The notes under the pieces are model-generated. The model had not been told where the DNA came from and did no database searches. It saw only the letters and a program-made list of their open reading frames with translations. From an uncultured Armatimonadia bacterium (GTDB lineage: Bacteria > Armatimonadota > Zipacnadia > CAVVLO01), in NCBI GenBank assembly GCA_963749155.1, contig CAVVLO010000004.1, positions 94,810 through 158,809 of the forward strand: DNA of 64,000 nucleotides, in the 5' to 3' direction. Below are positions 1-9,421 of the stretch, one piece after another; position 1 is the first letter of the stretch, and each line of letters opens with the position of its first letter. The position numbers and the translations under genes are program-made.

Positions 1-1123
1 CGAGGCACTATCCCGCTCGGGCTGGGCTTTCAACCCCAATCTGGCCGACCGCGCCGCGCCGATGATGGCCCTTTTGAGGAAGCGCGCCACTGATCAGGAC
101 TTCTTCTGGGCGGGTGATTCGGGGGCTGGGTACATCAATCCAGGCCTGCTGGAAGAGCCGCGCGACTTTTCTGGCCTGCCCGATGGCGTAGATGTCTGGG
201 CCGAACACTGCCGGAAGTACTTCCATCAATGGGACCTCTCGGCGGTCGGTTTCATCATCGACGGCTACAGCAGGCAGATGAGCGAGCGCGGCCTGGACGC
301 TTATGCCACTTTCGCGCCGGATGGTCTGGTGGGGCAGAACTTCCCCGAGGTGGCGATGCACGGCCAGATGCCCACCTTGAGGATGATCTCCGGTGGCTTT
401 GACTCGCCCGAGCAAGGCGCCAAATGGTTGCTGGAGCAGTGTGGGCAAGCCGAACAGAAGCCCTCTTTCATCACTTGCCGCACCATCCTCTGGTCGCCCA
501 CTGCCCATAAGCGGTTGATGGAGCTGGTAGCGGAAGGCGAGGGCGGCAAGGACTTCGAGTTTGTAGATCCCTATACCTTGCTATTGCTGGCCAAGCAGTT
601 CAAAGCAACCGGTCAGCAGGCAGTGGTGAAGCCCAAAGACCTGTGGGACATCTGGGCGGGCACCGAAGTAACTGGCACGAGCGCCAGGGCAAGCGCCTTC
701 GACCCGCGCGATATGTTCGGCGGACGTTTCACGCGCCTCGAACACGAGTTCATTTTTATATTCGATGACGGTCACCAGGCGCCTTATACTCACTGGATTG
801 AATGGCGGACCAAGACGCCGGTGCGGCTTGACCGTTATGAGCTGAGGGCGCGCGGTGACGGTAATCAGATCGGTCGCGAGTTCGCAGCCTTCAGGCTGTA
901 TACCAGGGAGGCTGGCCAGGCCGAGTGGCGTCTGCTGGACGAGTTCGCGCCAACGCATCCTTACACTTACCTCGAACAGGGCAGTGCCTTATTGCGCCTG
1001 AGCCTGCTGCAGCAACCGGTCATCGCGCAGGAGTTCCGCGCCGAGTTCGACCAGATGAGCGAGCATACGATGGGCCCGCGTATCGTCGAACTGGATGGAT
1101 TTGGAGAGGCGCTGCCGGAGTAG
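1..1123 (+). CDS. GxGYxYP-family putative glycoside hydrolase, 5'-truncated, with C-terminal galactose-binding-like domain
   Basis: GDSGAGYINP motif; the upstream RGTIPL/GWAFNPNL (joined across a 1-nt indel near 19) matches RGALPLNWGINPNL of the paralog at 24825. Confidence 0.75.
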   Translation, partial: EALSRSGWAFNPNLADRAAPMMALLRKRATDQDFFWAGDSGAGYINPGLLEEPRDFSGLPDGVDVWAEHCRKYFHQWDLSAVGFIIDGYSRQMSERGLDAYATFAPDGLVGQNFPEVAMHGQMPTLRMISGGFDSPEQGAKWLLEQCGQAEQKPSFITCRTILWSPTAHKRLMELVAEGEGGKDFEFVDPYTLLLLAKQFKATGQQAVVKPKDLWDIWAGTEVTGTSARASAFDPRDMFGGRFTRLEHEFIFIFDDGHQAPYTHWIEWRTKTPVRLDRYELRARGDGNQIGREFAAFRLYTREAGQAEWRLLDEFAPTHPYTYLEQGSALLRLSLLQQPVIAQEFRAEFDQMSEHTMGPRIVELDGFGEALPE

Positions 1124-1190
1124 GAGATTAAAACACCACGGAGTATACTTAAAGCGGTAGCACCCACTTCCGATATCCGGAGGCAGAGTT

Positions 1191-1703
1191 GTGCGTAACC
1201 TTTCGCGCCTTGTCTGGTGTTCCGCTCCGCTAGTGTTGCTTCCGTCGCTTGCCTTCGCCAATCCTCCCAGCACTGATCTTGGATTTGCAGACCCCAGTCG
1301 ACCTTCTTTTACTGTTTTCTGGTTGATGGAGCTGGTCGTCTTCGTGGGCGAAGCCTGGGCCTATCATTACTGGCTTGGGCTGAAGGGCACAAAGGCGCTG
1401 AAGACGTCCTTCTTCGGTAATCTCGCAAGCCTTCTTGTCGGCAGCTTCACAGCCCTGCTTTTCTATTCGATGGCTGCCAGCGGGCCTTTGGTGCCCATCT
1501 TCCAATGGGTGCTTGGCGTGCTCTTTATCGAATACCCACTCGTTCTGCTGCTTAACCGCGACTATCCGGACCAGCGGAAACTGCGCGATGTGGTGCTGCT
1601 CACCAATGTGGTCTCTTACCTGGCGCTCAGCCTGGCAGTGTTTGCCGCGGGAGGCTATCAGCAATATGGAAGCGAACCGCCGCCTTTCACTAATACGAAC
1701 TAA
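1191..1703 (+). CDS. Hypothetical multi-pass membrane protein
   Basis: Signal-like N-terminus (AFA-NPP) and about 4 hydrophobic segments; paralog of the next gene. Confidence 0.75.
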   Translation: MRNLSRLVWCSAPLVLLPSLAFANPPSTDLGFADPSRPSFTVFWLMELVVFVGEAWAYHYWLGLKGTKALKTSFFGNLASLLVGSFTALLFYSMAASGPLVPIFQWVLGVLFIEYPLVLLLNRDYPDQRKLRDVVLLTNVVSYLALSLAVFAAGGYQQYGSEPPPFTNTN

Positions 1704-2193
1704 AGTCTGGCTTGCCTTGGCAGCTTTGCTGGCGCTGCCGGTGGTGGCATGGGCGAATCCGCCTGTGGTCGAACTCGGGCGGCTTGAGCCAGGAAGCCTC
1801 GCCTTTTTCGTCTTCTGGGTGATGGAACTACTGATCTTCGTTGCGGAAGCGCTTGCCTATCAGCGCTGGGCCGGACTGCCGCAGGATCGCGCCTTCCTTG
1901 CCAGCGGGATCGGCAACATCGCCAGCCTGATCGTGGGCAGCGCCGTGGCCTGGCTACTGGGCGCACTTGGAGGGTGGGGCGGGGTCGTCACCTTTATGGA
2001 GTTCCTGTTCGGCGTGATGGCCGTTGAGTTGCCCCTCGTAGCGCGGCTGAACCGCAAGCTGGTGCCGGTCGGCAAAATGTATAACATCGCGCTGTTGGTG
2101 AACCTGGTCACCTTTGCCGCGCTCATCGCCGCCACTTATGCAGTCGGTGAGTTGCACGAGGTGCCCCATCTTTTCGGCAACCTGGCGCCTTAA
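1666..2193 (+). CDS. Hypothetical multi-pass membrane protein (tandem paralog)
   Basis: Shares ANPP...F.VFW.MEL..FV.EA.AY..W.GL...S..GN.ASL.VGS with 1191..1703; ATG at 1666 with GGAGG upstream. Confidence 0.75.
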   Translation: MEANRRLSLIRTKVWLALAALLALPVVAWANPPVVELGRLEPGSLAFFVFWVMELLIFVAEALAYQRWAGLPQDRAFLASGIGNIASLIVGSAVAWLLGALGGWGGVVTFMEFLFGVMAVELPLVARLNRKLVPVGKMYNIALLVNLVTFAALIAATYAVGELHEVPHLFGNLAP

Positions 2194-2195
2194 CG

Positions 2196-4145
2196 CTACG
2201 GCAGCGCCAAACCGGCCTCTTCCAGCACCAGGGCGGCGCGTTTGGCCAGCTCGAAGCACTCTTTGCCGCTCTCATCGCCATCCTGCACGGAGGGCAGCAA
2301 GGCCTGGGCTTGCTTGATAAGGCCTTGAGCCAGGCGATTGTCTCCCTGTACGGCAAGCAGAGTAAGCTGATCGAGCCAGCCAGAGAGCGTCTGGCGGGTG
2401 CGGAGATGCAGGTTCACGAGCAGCACGAGGCGCGTTGGGGTCACCACGCGCACCTCGGGGCGCAGCCGGTCTGCGCACCACTGGACCGGTAAGAGACCGC
2501 GCGAGACTCCCTCGGCCTCCGCAGTGTTGCCCTCTTCCTCGGCTGTGATCGAGGGGTCACCCGCTGTGTCGCGGAAATAGGACCAGCAATGAGGCATCAC
2601 GAAGCTAAAGTTATCCTCGGTCCAGGTCGCGCCACCAGTTGGCATCTCACTCAGCCACTTCGCAACGCCTGCCGGGGTCGTATCACGTGGCCGGCCGGTA
2701 TTGGCCCAGATGCAGAGCCGCGCCGAGATGACCGGTACTTCGACCTCGCCGCGCCTGACCCAGAGGATACGGCCTTCCCCGCCCGAGTAAGGGTAGTACT
2801 GCACGGTTAGCAGGCCAGCCAGCTCGGGGATGCCTTTTACTACCTCGGTATAGGCGTGGAGGGCACTCTCACCATCCCAGTCCTGCACGTTGTAAGACAA
2901 AGTCTTCAATCCGCCGAGGGCCATATACTGCCTCAATACCGCCGCGTGGTCCGCCAGCACGTTGGTTGAGCGCTTCTCGCCGAAGTAGTCGGGATAGTAA
3001 TAACCGCCCCCATTGAGGACGAAGTCGTCGTTTGGGGTGGCTTCTTTCATCAGCTTGACCAGCGTGTAGGGGCAAAGCTGGGCCAGGTCCACATAGCAGA
3101 GGGTCCAGCCAAAGGCGAACCGGCCTCGCGCAGGATTGTTCCAATAGTATTTTGCCTCACCTCCCCCGCAGAAGTTGCCCATAAGCCACTGGACATTGTC
3201 TCCATCGCTCATCAGGAAGGTCGCGTAGTGCAGGCCCGATTCCCAGTCGAGGTCTTCATAACCGACCCGGCAGCGGGCTGGCAGGGCGATCTGGTCAGCT
3301 GGGAGAGTCTTGCCCACTTGCTCGGTGCTGAAAAGAGGCAGGTTGTGGCACCAGTTGGTGGCCGACTGGAAGAGGCCCCACTGGCTGGAGGGAAGAGTGT
3401 GCTGGTCTTCGCCGCCGATACCCCAGCCGAGGACTGGCGCCGGCGCCTTGCAGCGCTCGAGCCCGCGCTCATATGCCTCGCCATAACCCGAGCAGCAGAA
3501 GGCTTTCTCGGCCACTGCGAGTGACCTGACCAGGCGCAAGCGCGGCTCAACACTGGCCAGGAAGTCCCGGGTGAAGGCCTCGCCATATTCCTTAAGGCAC
3601 CAGACCTCATCTTTGCCTCGCACATCGGCAAGCAGCGTAAGGCCCAGCTCCTTGGCCTTCTCCTCAAACCGGTCCGAGACCGCGACGGCATCCCAGAGGC
3701 CTGCCAGGGAGGTCGCGACGTTGGCGGACTGGTCAACTTCACCGTATTCGAACCAGCCGCGCTCGCTGCGGTCATAGCTGAACAGGACATAACCCTTGAC
3801 GAGGCCCGCGTCTACCACCCGCCCCACGGCAGCCCACTGGTCTGGCAGATGCTCGGGCGCGGCGCCCGTCTGGGCCAGCATCTGGGCCAGCCACTCCTGG
3901 TAGCCGGAATTATCGAAATCCTCGCCCAGCATTGTGTCCCAGCGCCCTTCGGACACAGCCCGGGCGGCAAGGCCGGCTGCGCACTCGTAGGTCATCGCCT
4001 CTTCATGGTCGCCGGCCAGAGGGATTAACAACACCTTGGCAGGCCGCACGAACTGGGGCCAATAGCGGGTCGGGCCTTCTGCAGCTTCGCAAGCCATATA
4101 TCCAGCCAGGCTTACTAGCAGACTAACCAGAAACATAATTTTCAT
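2196..4145 (-). CDS. GxGYxYP-family putative glycoside hydrolase, secreted
   Basis: Signal peptide; SDGDNVQW, RGRFAFGWT and GGGYYYP motifs. Confidence 0.8.
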   Translation of the reverse strand: MKIMFLVSLLVSLAGYMACEAAEGPTRYWPQFVRPAKVLLIPLAGDHEEAMTYECAAGLAARAVSEGRWDTMLGEDFDNSGYQEWLAQMLAQTGAAPEHLPDQWAAVGRVVDAGLVKGYVLFSYDRSERGWFEYGEVDQSANVATSLAGLWDAVAVSDRFEEKAKELGLTLLADVRGKDEVWCLKEYGEAFTRDFLASVEPRLRLVRSLAVAEKAFCCSGYGEAYERGLERCKAPAPVLGWGIGGEDQHTLPSSQWGLFQSATNWCHNLPLFSTEQVGKTLPADQIALPARCRVGYEDLDWESGLHYATFLMSDGDNVQWLMGNFCGGGEAKYYWNNPARGRFAFGWTLCYVDLAQLCPYTLVKLMKEATPNDDFVLNGGGYYYPDYFGEKRSTNVLADHAAVLRQYMALGGLKTLSYNVQDWDGESALHAYTEVVKGIPELAGLLTVQYYPYSGGEGRILWVRRGEVEVPVISARLCIWANTGRPRDTTPAGVAKWLSEMPTGGATWTEDNFSFVMPHCWSYFRDTAGDPSITAEEEGNTAEAEGVSRGLLPVQWCADRLRPEVRVVTPTRLVLLVNLHLRTRQTLSGWLDQLTLLAVQGDNRLAQGLIKQAQALLPSVQDGDESGKECFELAKRAALVLEEAGLALP

Positions 4146-4153
4146 CGAGAGGT

Positions 4154-6415
4154 TCAGTCCTCCATAAGAGCTTCTTGAACTCGGCCGGCTTCGGGCGCCT
4201 GGCAGAAGCGCACTTTTTCCTTTACGGGTATCGGGACGCGCTGCTCGCCAAAGGCGCGATACACCTGAAGGCCTGCTTTCCCGTTGAGTTTGTGGCGCCA
4301 GACAACGAGAGTTGGCTCGGACAAGGGAATCCCAGCGACTTTCGAGGCGTGGTAGGCGATCAGTTTTGGCCCCTGGATATAGAAACCCAGAGCGGGCAGC
4401 GTGAGTTGGTCGTCTACCTCCCAGGGCTCAAGGGCAGTGTTAACAAGCACGGTGACCGGCCCGGCATAAGTCGCGAAAGTGGTGCGCTCGTGGTAGAGGT
4501 CGCCTTCGATAAATTCATGGCTTATCATGGGCTGAGTAAAAATCGCATCGCCCAGCCCCATCGAGACGTGGTCTACGGCCAGCAGCAGGTCCTGGGTAGA
4601 AAGCTTGGACCAGCCTCCACAATCGGTTGTGGACTGGGTGCGATAACTGTCCAGCACAGACAAATCCAGCGCGTCGGAATAGAAACAAGGCGGCAGCGCG
4701 CCCGCACGGTAGCACTTGAGGGCGATGCGCAGATAACGCACCAGCGGATCTTCGGTCTCCATCGGCGTGTTTACGTGGGTGGTGGATTCCCGGATGGCAA
4801 GGAAGGCGTCGTGGTAGACCAGATCCCACAGGGGCACGATTATGCCATTCAGATTGTCCTGGCTCCATCCGCCATCGCCCTTGTGCCAATAGCCTTCTTC
4901 CGCCATAAAGGCGCCATCACAATACTGCAAAGCCCAGTCCATAATGGACTCGCTCAACACCAACTGCGCGAACTGCTCTCTGGCAACGCGGAAAGGCCCC
5001 TGACGCTGCTTGAGCTCTGCCTCTCTGGTGAGCGGCGGGTCATAAGCGTAATCCTCGATAGGCTGGTAGCTGGTAGCGACATCAAAGAGATAGCCTCTAA
5101 GGCTCGGGAAGCGCTTGCGCAACTCGGACAGATTGCGCTGGGTGAAGGCGGTCTGTGCCGCGGCGGTCGGCAAGCGATATTGCTGCTCGCGATAGACGCC
5201 AAAGTTGAAGGGCTCCCCGTTAGGCAGGCGAGCAAGCACGTCCTCGGAGAAGGAAGGGGCGCGCTCGGAGATGATCGCAACATCGTCGTGAGGCGTTGCG
5301 ATATAGCCGAGGCGGTCGATAGCGTCCGTCAGCGCGCGGAAGCCTTCATCGCCGCCACATTTCGGGTTGGCAGGCAGGATATCGGGATATTCCGAATCGT
5401 AGCCGAGACGGTTCCAGCCGCCCAGGTGGAAGAGCGCCCGGTCGAGGCCAGCGGCCTTGAGGGCTTCCATCCGGGGGATGAGCGCCTCGAAGGGCAAGGG
5501 TTCTCCCCCATAATCGCAGGGCACATGAGCGAAGAGTTGCGCGCCGGCGACTCGGCCAGGATTTGGAGCACGAAAGCGACTGGAGAGGGTCTTCCAGTCA
5601 GACTGCCCCTGCCGCCAGGTGCGATATTCTTTGGCCAGTTGGACATAATTGCCTTCAAGAAACCTGAACTCCATCGACTGGACGCGGAAGTCCTCTTTAG
5701 CCTCCGCAGCCGAACGCTCGCTGAAATAGTTGAAGCCGAGGCCCTTTGAGTTGCGCCAGAGGTCTACGCCGCGATAAAGCGAGTCGGTGGCAAAGGCAAG
5801 ATACGAATAGTCCTTACCCCCCACCTTCTGGGTGCCCCCAAGCCAGCGCATACACCAGGGACGCTGCCAGACAGTGCGTCGGACAGCGAAGTCCTCGCCC
5901 CTGGCGGGCACGAGCAAGCCCAGCCACTGGGGGAAGACGAGGCAGGACTGCTCGCCATGCAACTCGGGCCCGGCAGGGAAGACAACCCAGAGCACCTCGT
6001 TGACGGCTGGACCAGAAAGCTCCATCGAGCAACTCAGGGTGCCGTTGATGGGCAGTTCGAAGCACAGGCGGAAGGAGAGCGATCTGTCGGGCAGTTCGCC
6101 CTTCCCCACCAGCACGTTGTGGCTGGTGCGAGTCCAGGTGATGGGGACGTTGCCCTTGCCACCCAGCACACTTTTGCCCTCGGCGAAGCCCAGGTGCGCA
6201 AAGCCTCCCCCATTGCACCGGATCATCCAGTCGGCAGGGCCCTGCGAGACAAGCAGGTGCGCCTTGGCAGGGTCAAGCGCCAGGTTGAGGTCGCCGCGAG
6301 AAGCGGTCAGAACTGTGGGTTTATCTGTCATCAGGCCAGCTCCTTGGTCAGCAAAGGCAAGCGCCGGCGCTACTAGCGCCAGCGCAATCCCAATCAGACA
6401 AGTCCACTTGCTCAC
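4154..6415 (-). CDS. Secreted TIM-barrel glycoside hydrolase (DUF5696/GH101/GH129-like)
   Basis: Signal peptide; HLGGWNRLGYDSEYPD..P.NPKCGG, PHDD, GYLFDV and IVPLWDLVYHDA motifs. Confidence 0.6.
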   Translation of the reverse strand: MSKWTCLIGIALALVAPALAFADQGAGLMTDKPTVLTASRGDLNLALDPAKAHLLVSQGPADWMIRCNGGGFAHLGFAEGKSVLGGKGNVPITWTRTSHNVLVGKGELPDRSLSFRLCFELPINGTLSCSMELSGPAVNEVLWVVFPAGPELHGEQSCLVFPQWLGLLVPARGEDFAVRRTVWQRPWCMRWLGGTQKVGGKDYSYLAFATDSLYRGVDLWRNSKGLGFNYFSERSAAEAKEDFRVQSMEFRFLEGNYVQLAKEYRTWRQGQSDWKTLSSRFRAPNPGRVAGAQLFAHVPCDYGGEPLPFEALIPRMEALKAAGLDRALFHLGGWNRLGYDSEYPDILPANPKCGGDEGFRALTDAIDRLGYIATPHDDVAIISERAPSFSEDVLARLPNGEPFNFGVYREQQYRLPTAAAQTAFTQRNLSELRKRFPSLRGYLFDVATSYQPIEDYAYDPPLTREAELKQRQGPFRVAREQFAQLVLSESIMDWALQYCDGAFMAEEGYWHKGDGGWSQDNLNGIIVPLWDLVYHDAFLAIRESTTHVNTPMETEDPLVRYLRIALKCYRAGALPPCFYSDALDLSVLDSYRTQSTTDCGGWSKLSTQDLLLAVDHVSMGLGDAIFTQPMISHEFIEGDLYHERTTFATYAGPVTVLVNTALEPWEVDDQLTLPALGFYIQGPKLIAYHASKVAGIPLSEPTLVVWRHKLNGKAGLQVYRAFGEQRVPIPVKEKVRFCQAPEAGRVQEALMED

Positions 6416-7800
6416 AGGGGCAGCAGCTCCGCGTCCGCCGAGGCTGACTCGACACGGTAGAAAGCTTCCTGACCTGGCGCAAGCCAGTGATAAAGTGTCA
6501 GGCCATCGGCTTCTCGCCGCTGATCGTCGGCCGAATAGGCGCCGCCCTCATACTCCTTGCCAGCCCAGTTGTAAGAGAAGACTCTGACGTCGGCTCCACG
6601 GAACTTGATGCTGGCGCGCGCGTTGGCGGTTTGGGAATTGTTCACCAGCATCACATAGCGCCTGCCTTCGAGGTCAACGAACTCGGAGACAAGCAGCGCA
6701 GGCGAGTCGGGCGAACCACTCGGGCCGATCTCGGCGATGAGGCCGTCAGGCTCGAAGGCTTGCCCACCTCCGAAAGGCTCGGGCGAGAACATAACTTTGG
6801 TGCATACCAGGCGCGTAAACAGGTCGCCGTAGAATTTGTGGTGGTTGTTATGTACCAGCCTGAGCGCATCCCAGGTGGGCGTGCGATACCAGTGCTCGTC
6901 AATCGGCGCCTGGCGGTAATTGGAATGCGGAGCGCGCATATAGTAGAAAAACCACAGCACCCCATGCGCCCCGCTTGCGACAGTGGTATTGAACTGCCAG
7001 CGGATATCGTCGAGGGTCGGGCAGCGATAATTGAAGTGGCCAACCGAGAGGACGGTGTTCCAGAAGGGCACTCCATTGCGCAGCGCGGCCTCGCGATACA
7101 GGCGCAGGTTCTCGTAATAGTTCTGCCAGCCGCTGGTGCCTGGATTCATCTGGGTGTAGCAGTCGTAACTTATGAGGTCGGGCTTCGCCTTCTGGCAGTA
7201 CTCGTCCAGGTAGTTGGGCCAGGTGTCAGTGCCCGCCCGCGCCTCGATACCAGGGAAGAAAGGCAGCAGATTCGCATAGGGGAACTGCTCGGGGGCGGCT
7301 TCTTTCAAGGCGCTCTGGCAGGAGAAGAACGCCTCTTTCATATCCGCGCCTGGCTCATCGCCCACATGATAACCAAAGAGAGCCGGATGGCCTTTGAACA
7401 GGCTGACTACAGAAGGCAGATCGGCCTTATACGCCTCTAACTCGGGCCTGGCATAGGCGCGCGGATCGGAGAGGATTAGCTTCATCCCGTATTGATCGGC
7501 CCAGTCCAGAAGCTGACGCATCTGGGCGACCTGTTCGGGTTTGTTTGGATCGAAATTTGGACTTTGCGGCACTGTGAAGCCGCACTCGGCCCATTCGGCT
7601 ACCTCGGCCTCGTCCATATACTTACCGTGGGCATTCAAGCTGGTATAGCTCCAGAAGCTGATGGGATATTTCCCAATCCCAAAGGACTGGCTCTTCTCGA
7701 TAATCGAACGCAACTTTGGGGGCACCTCCTGCGCGGCCTGGGCCAGCGCGGTGATGAGCAGCAAGGCGCACAATCCACCTAGAAGCCTGAACAGACTCAT
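6412..7800 (-). CDS. Secreted clan-A-like TIM-barrel glycoside hydrolase
   Basis: SD AGGAGG before ATG 7800; signal peptide; HPALFGYHVGDEP, ISYDCY and GAHGVLWFFY motifs. Confidence 0.6.
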   Translation of the reverse strand: MSLFRLLGGLCALLLITALAQAAQEVPPKLRSIIEKSQSFGIGKYPISFWSYTSLNAHGKYMDEAEVAEWAECGFTVPQSPNFDPNKPEQVAQMRQLLDWADQYGMKLILSDPRAYARPELEAYKADLPSVVSLFKGHPALFGYHVGDEPGADMKEAFFSCQSALKEAAPEQFPYANLLPFFPGIEARAGTDTWPNYLDEYCQKAKPDLISYDCYTQMNPGTSGWQNYYENLRLYREAALRNGVPFWNTVLSVGHFNYRCPTLDDIRWQFNTTVASGAHGVLWFFYYMRAPHSNYRQAPIDEHWYRTPTWDALRLVHNNHHKFYGDLFTRLVCTKVMFSPEPFGGGQAFEPDGLIAEIGPSGSPDSPALLVSEFVDLEGRRYVMLVNNSQTANARASIKFRGADVRVFSYNWAGKEYEGGAYSADDQRREADGLTLYHWLAPGQEAFYRVESASADAELLPL

Positions 7801-7966
7801 TGTATTCCTCCTGCGCCACATGGTGGCTCTAGATTCGCCCTCCTAAAGTCGAAGCCTGCCCTTCCCGAAAAGAGGGGAAATACTGCGTGAAAGCCAATAT
7901 GCGATATAACATCCGCAGGTCTTGTTAACTGTTCCGGCGCCCGTCAGCCCCGAGGAGGGAGCGCTA

Positions 7967-9409
7967 ATGCCAAGCGCGTTCCGCGGTTTTGGTTTGCTGT
8001 TTCTGCTTGCCTTACTTTCACTTCCTGGTCTTGCCCTGCCCGCCCCAGTGAAAGCCGGTGATTTTGCCTTCCTGCTACCCGAGGGATGGGAACAGGACAC
8101 CAGCACCTCGGTCGAAGATATGGGGGGCTGGCTTTTCGCGTATGGCGAGACTTGCGCTGTGGTCTTTTCCAGCGAGACGACCGACTATTCGGGCGCAAGT
8201 GAACGGCAGCAACTGCTGGAAGCCTTCAAGAAAGCTTTCCGAGAAGACCACTCCGCCTCCTTCAAGGCTGACAAGTATGAGTTCGCCGGCCAGCTTTGGG
8301 ACAGGCTCTTCTACAACGATGAGGATAACGACAGCTTTTATGCGCTGTTTGTCTACAATGAGAGCCGTATCTGGCCTATCTACATACTGCTGCGCGGCCC
8401 GAACAAGCCCTTCCCGCAGGCAGCAACTGATTTGCTAAAGACGGTGCGCTGGCCTGGTATGCCCGAACAGGCTGGCGACCAACCAGGGAGTGGGCAAAGT
8501 GCCTCTGCCGCGCTGGTGAAGGACAAGCTTTTCAAGCTGACCAAGGGCTCGGACGGCTTCCTGCTTGCCGCCAGTTATCCAACCAGCGACCTGGCGCTGC
8601 AACTGGCAGTGAATTACTCGAAGCCTGGCATATTGCTCGATTCGGTGGGCATCAACGTTGCGCCCGTCGGCTCCTTGTCACTGGGTATCGGCGCCGATGG
8701 CGCGGTCTCGCTCAACCTCTTTGCGCCTTCAGCCCAGAGCCAGGTCCGCGATGCCAGTGGCTGGCACAGACTTGTCAGCTCGGTGAAAGTGCCAGCGAAC
8801 GCCAGACATATAATCCGGATAGAGCTACTTCAGGGAAGCTTGTCCCTCAGCCTGGATGGCGCAAAGCAAGCCGAAGCAACTCTTAATGTGCCCCTGTCAG
8901 GCGCAGAACTCTGGATCGGTGACTTCCCTGGCGATAACAGTTGGGGCAGCAACTACAATATCCATCCGGCGCTTGGGGGCAATGTGTTCGTCGAGTACCT
9001 CGGCCAGGCAAGCGGGGCGACAACCGGCAGCGCAGGAGGCTCGAGCACCGGTGGCGGGACGTCCGCAGGCTCTGGCCCAGGCAGCGCTTCGGGGGTAGAG
9101 TTCCCAGAGCATATTGAAGCGGTTTCCGCCTCAGGGGTAAACGCCGCGGCCAGCAAGCTTCAGCAGGCGCTGGCCTCGGGCAACGCTGAAGCCGCCAGTC
9201 TGCTCATACTGCCCGAGATCCGAGCCGACTTGCTGCTGCTCTTCCAGCAGCAACCTGACTCTAGGAAAGTGCTGGCGCAGTTGCTCGCTACGCGCAAGCT
9301 GACGACGGCGACCTCCGCCGCCGCCGAATACGAAGTCACCGACGAGGGGCAAGTGTTCTACATAAAATTTTATCTGGTCGAGAGCCAATGGCTCCTCGCC
9401 GGCCTTTAG
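7967..9409 (+). CDS. Secreted multidomain protein (central concanavalin/LamG-like domain, Gly/Ser linkers)
   Basis: SD GAGGAGG; signal peptide; beta-sandwich with LSLDGAKQ/LWIGD; G/S-rich linker. Confidence 0.6.
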   Translation: MPSAFRGFGLLFLLALLSLPGLALPAPVKAGDFAFLLPEGWEQDTSTSVEDMGGWLFAYGETCAVVFSSETTDYSGASERQQLLEAFKKAFREDHSASFKADKYEFAGQLWDRLFYNDEDNDSFYALFVYNESRIWPIYILLRGPNKPFPQAATDLLKTVRWPGMPEQAGDQPGSGQSASAALVKDKLFKLTKGSDGFLLAASYPTSDLALQLAVNYSKPGILLDSVGINVAPVGSLSLGIGADGAVSLNLFAPSAQSQVRDASGWHRLVSSVKVPANARHIIRIELLQGSLSLSLDGAKQAEATLNVPLSGAELWIGDFPGDNSWGSNYNIHPALGGNVFVEYLGQASGATTGSAGGSSTGGGTSAGSGPGSASGVEFPEHIEAVSASGVNAAASKLQQALASGNAEAASLLILPEIRADLLLLFQQQPDSRKVLAQLLATRKLTTATSAAAEYEVTDEGQVFYIKFYLVESQWLLAGL

Positions 9410-9421
9410 GAGGAGTGCGAG

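Noticed and set aside
4175..5749. Long antisense ORFs (also 6487-7440, 23084-24304, 25152-26567, 53039-54223)
   Set aside because: Shadow frames of high-GC genes with no recognisable motifs
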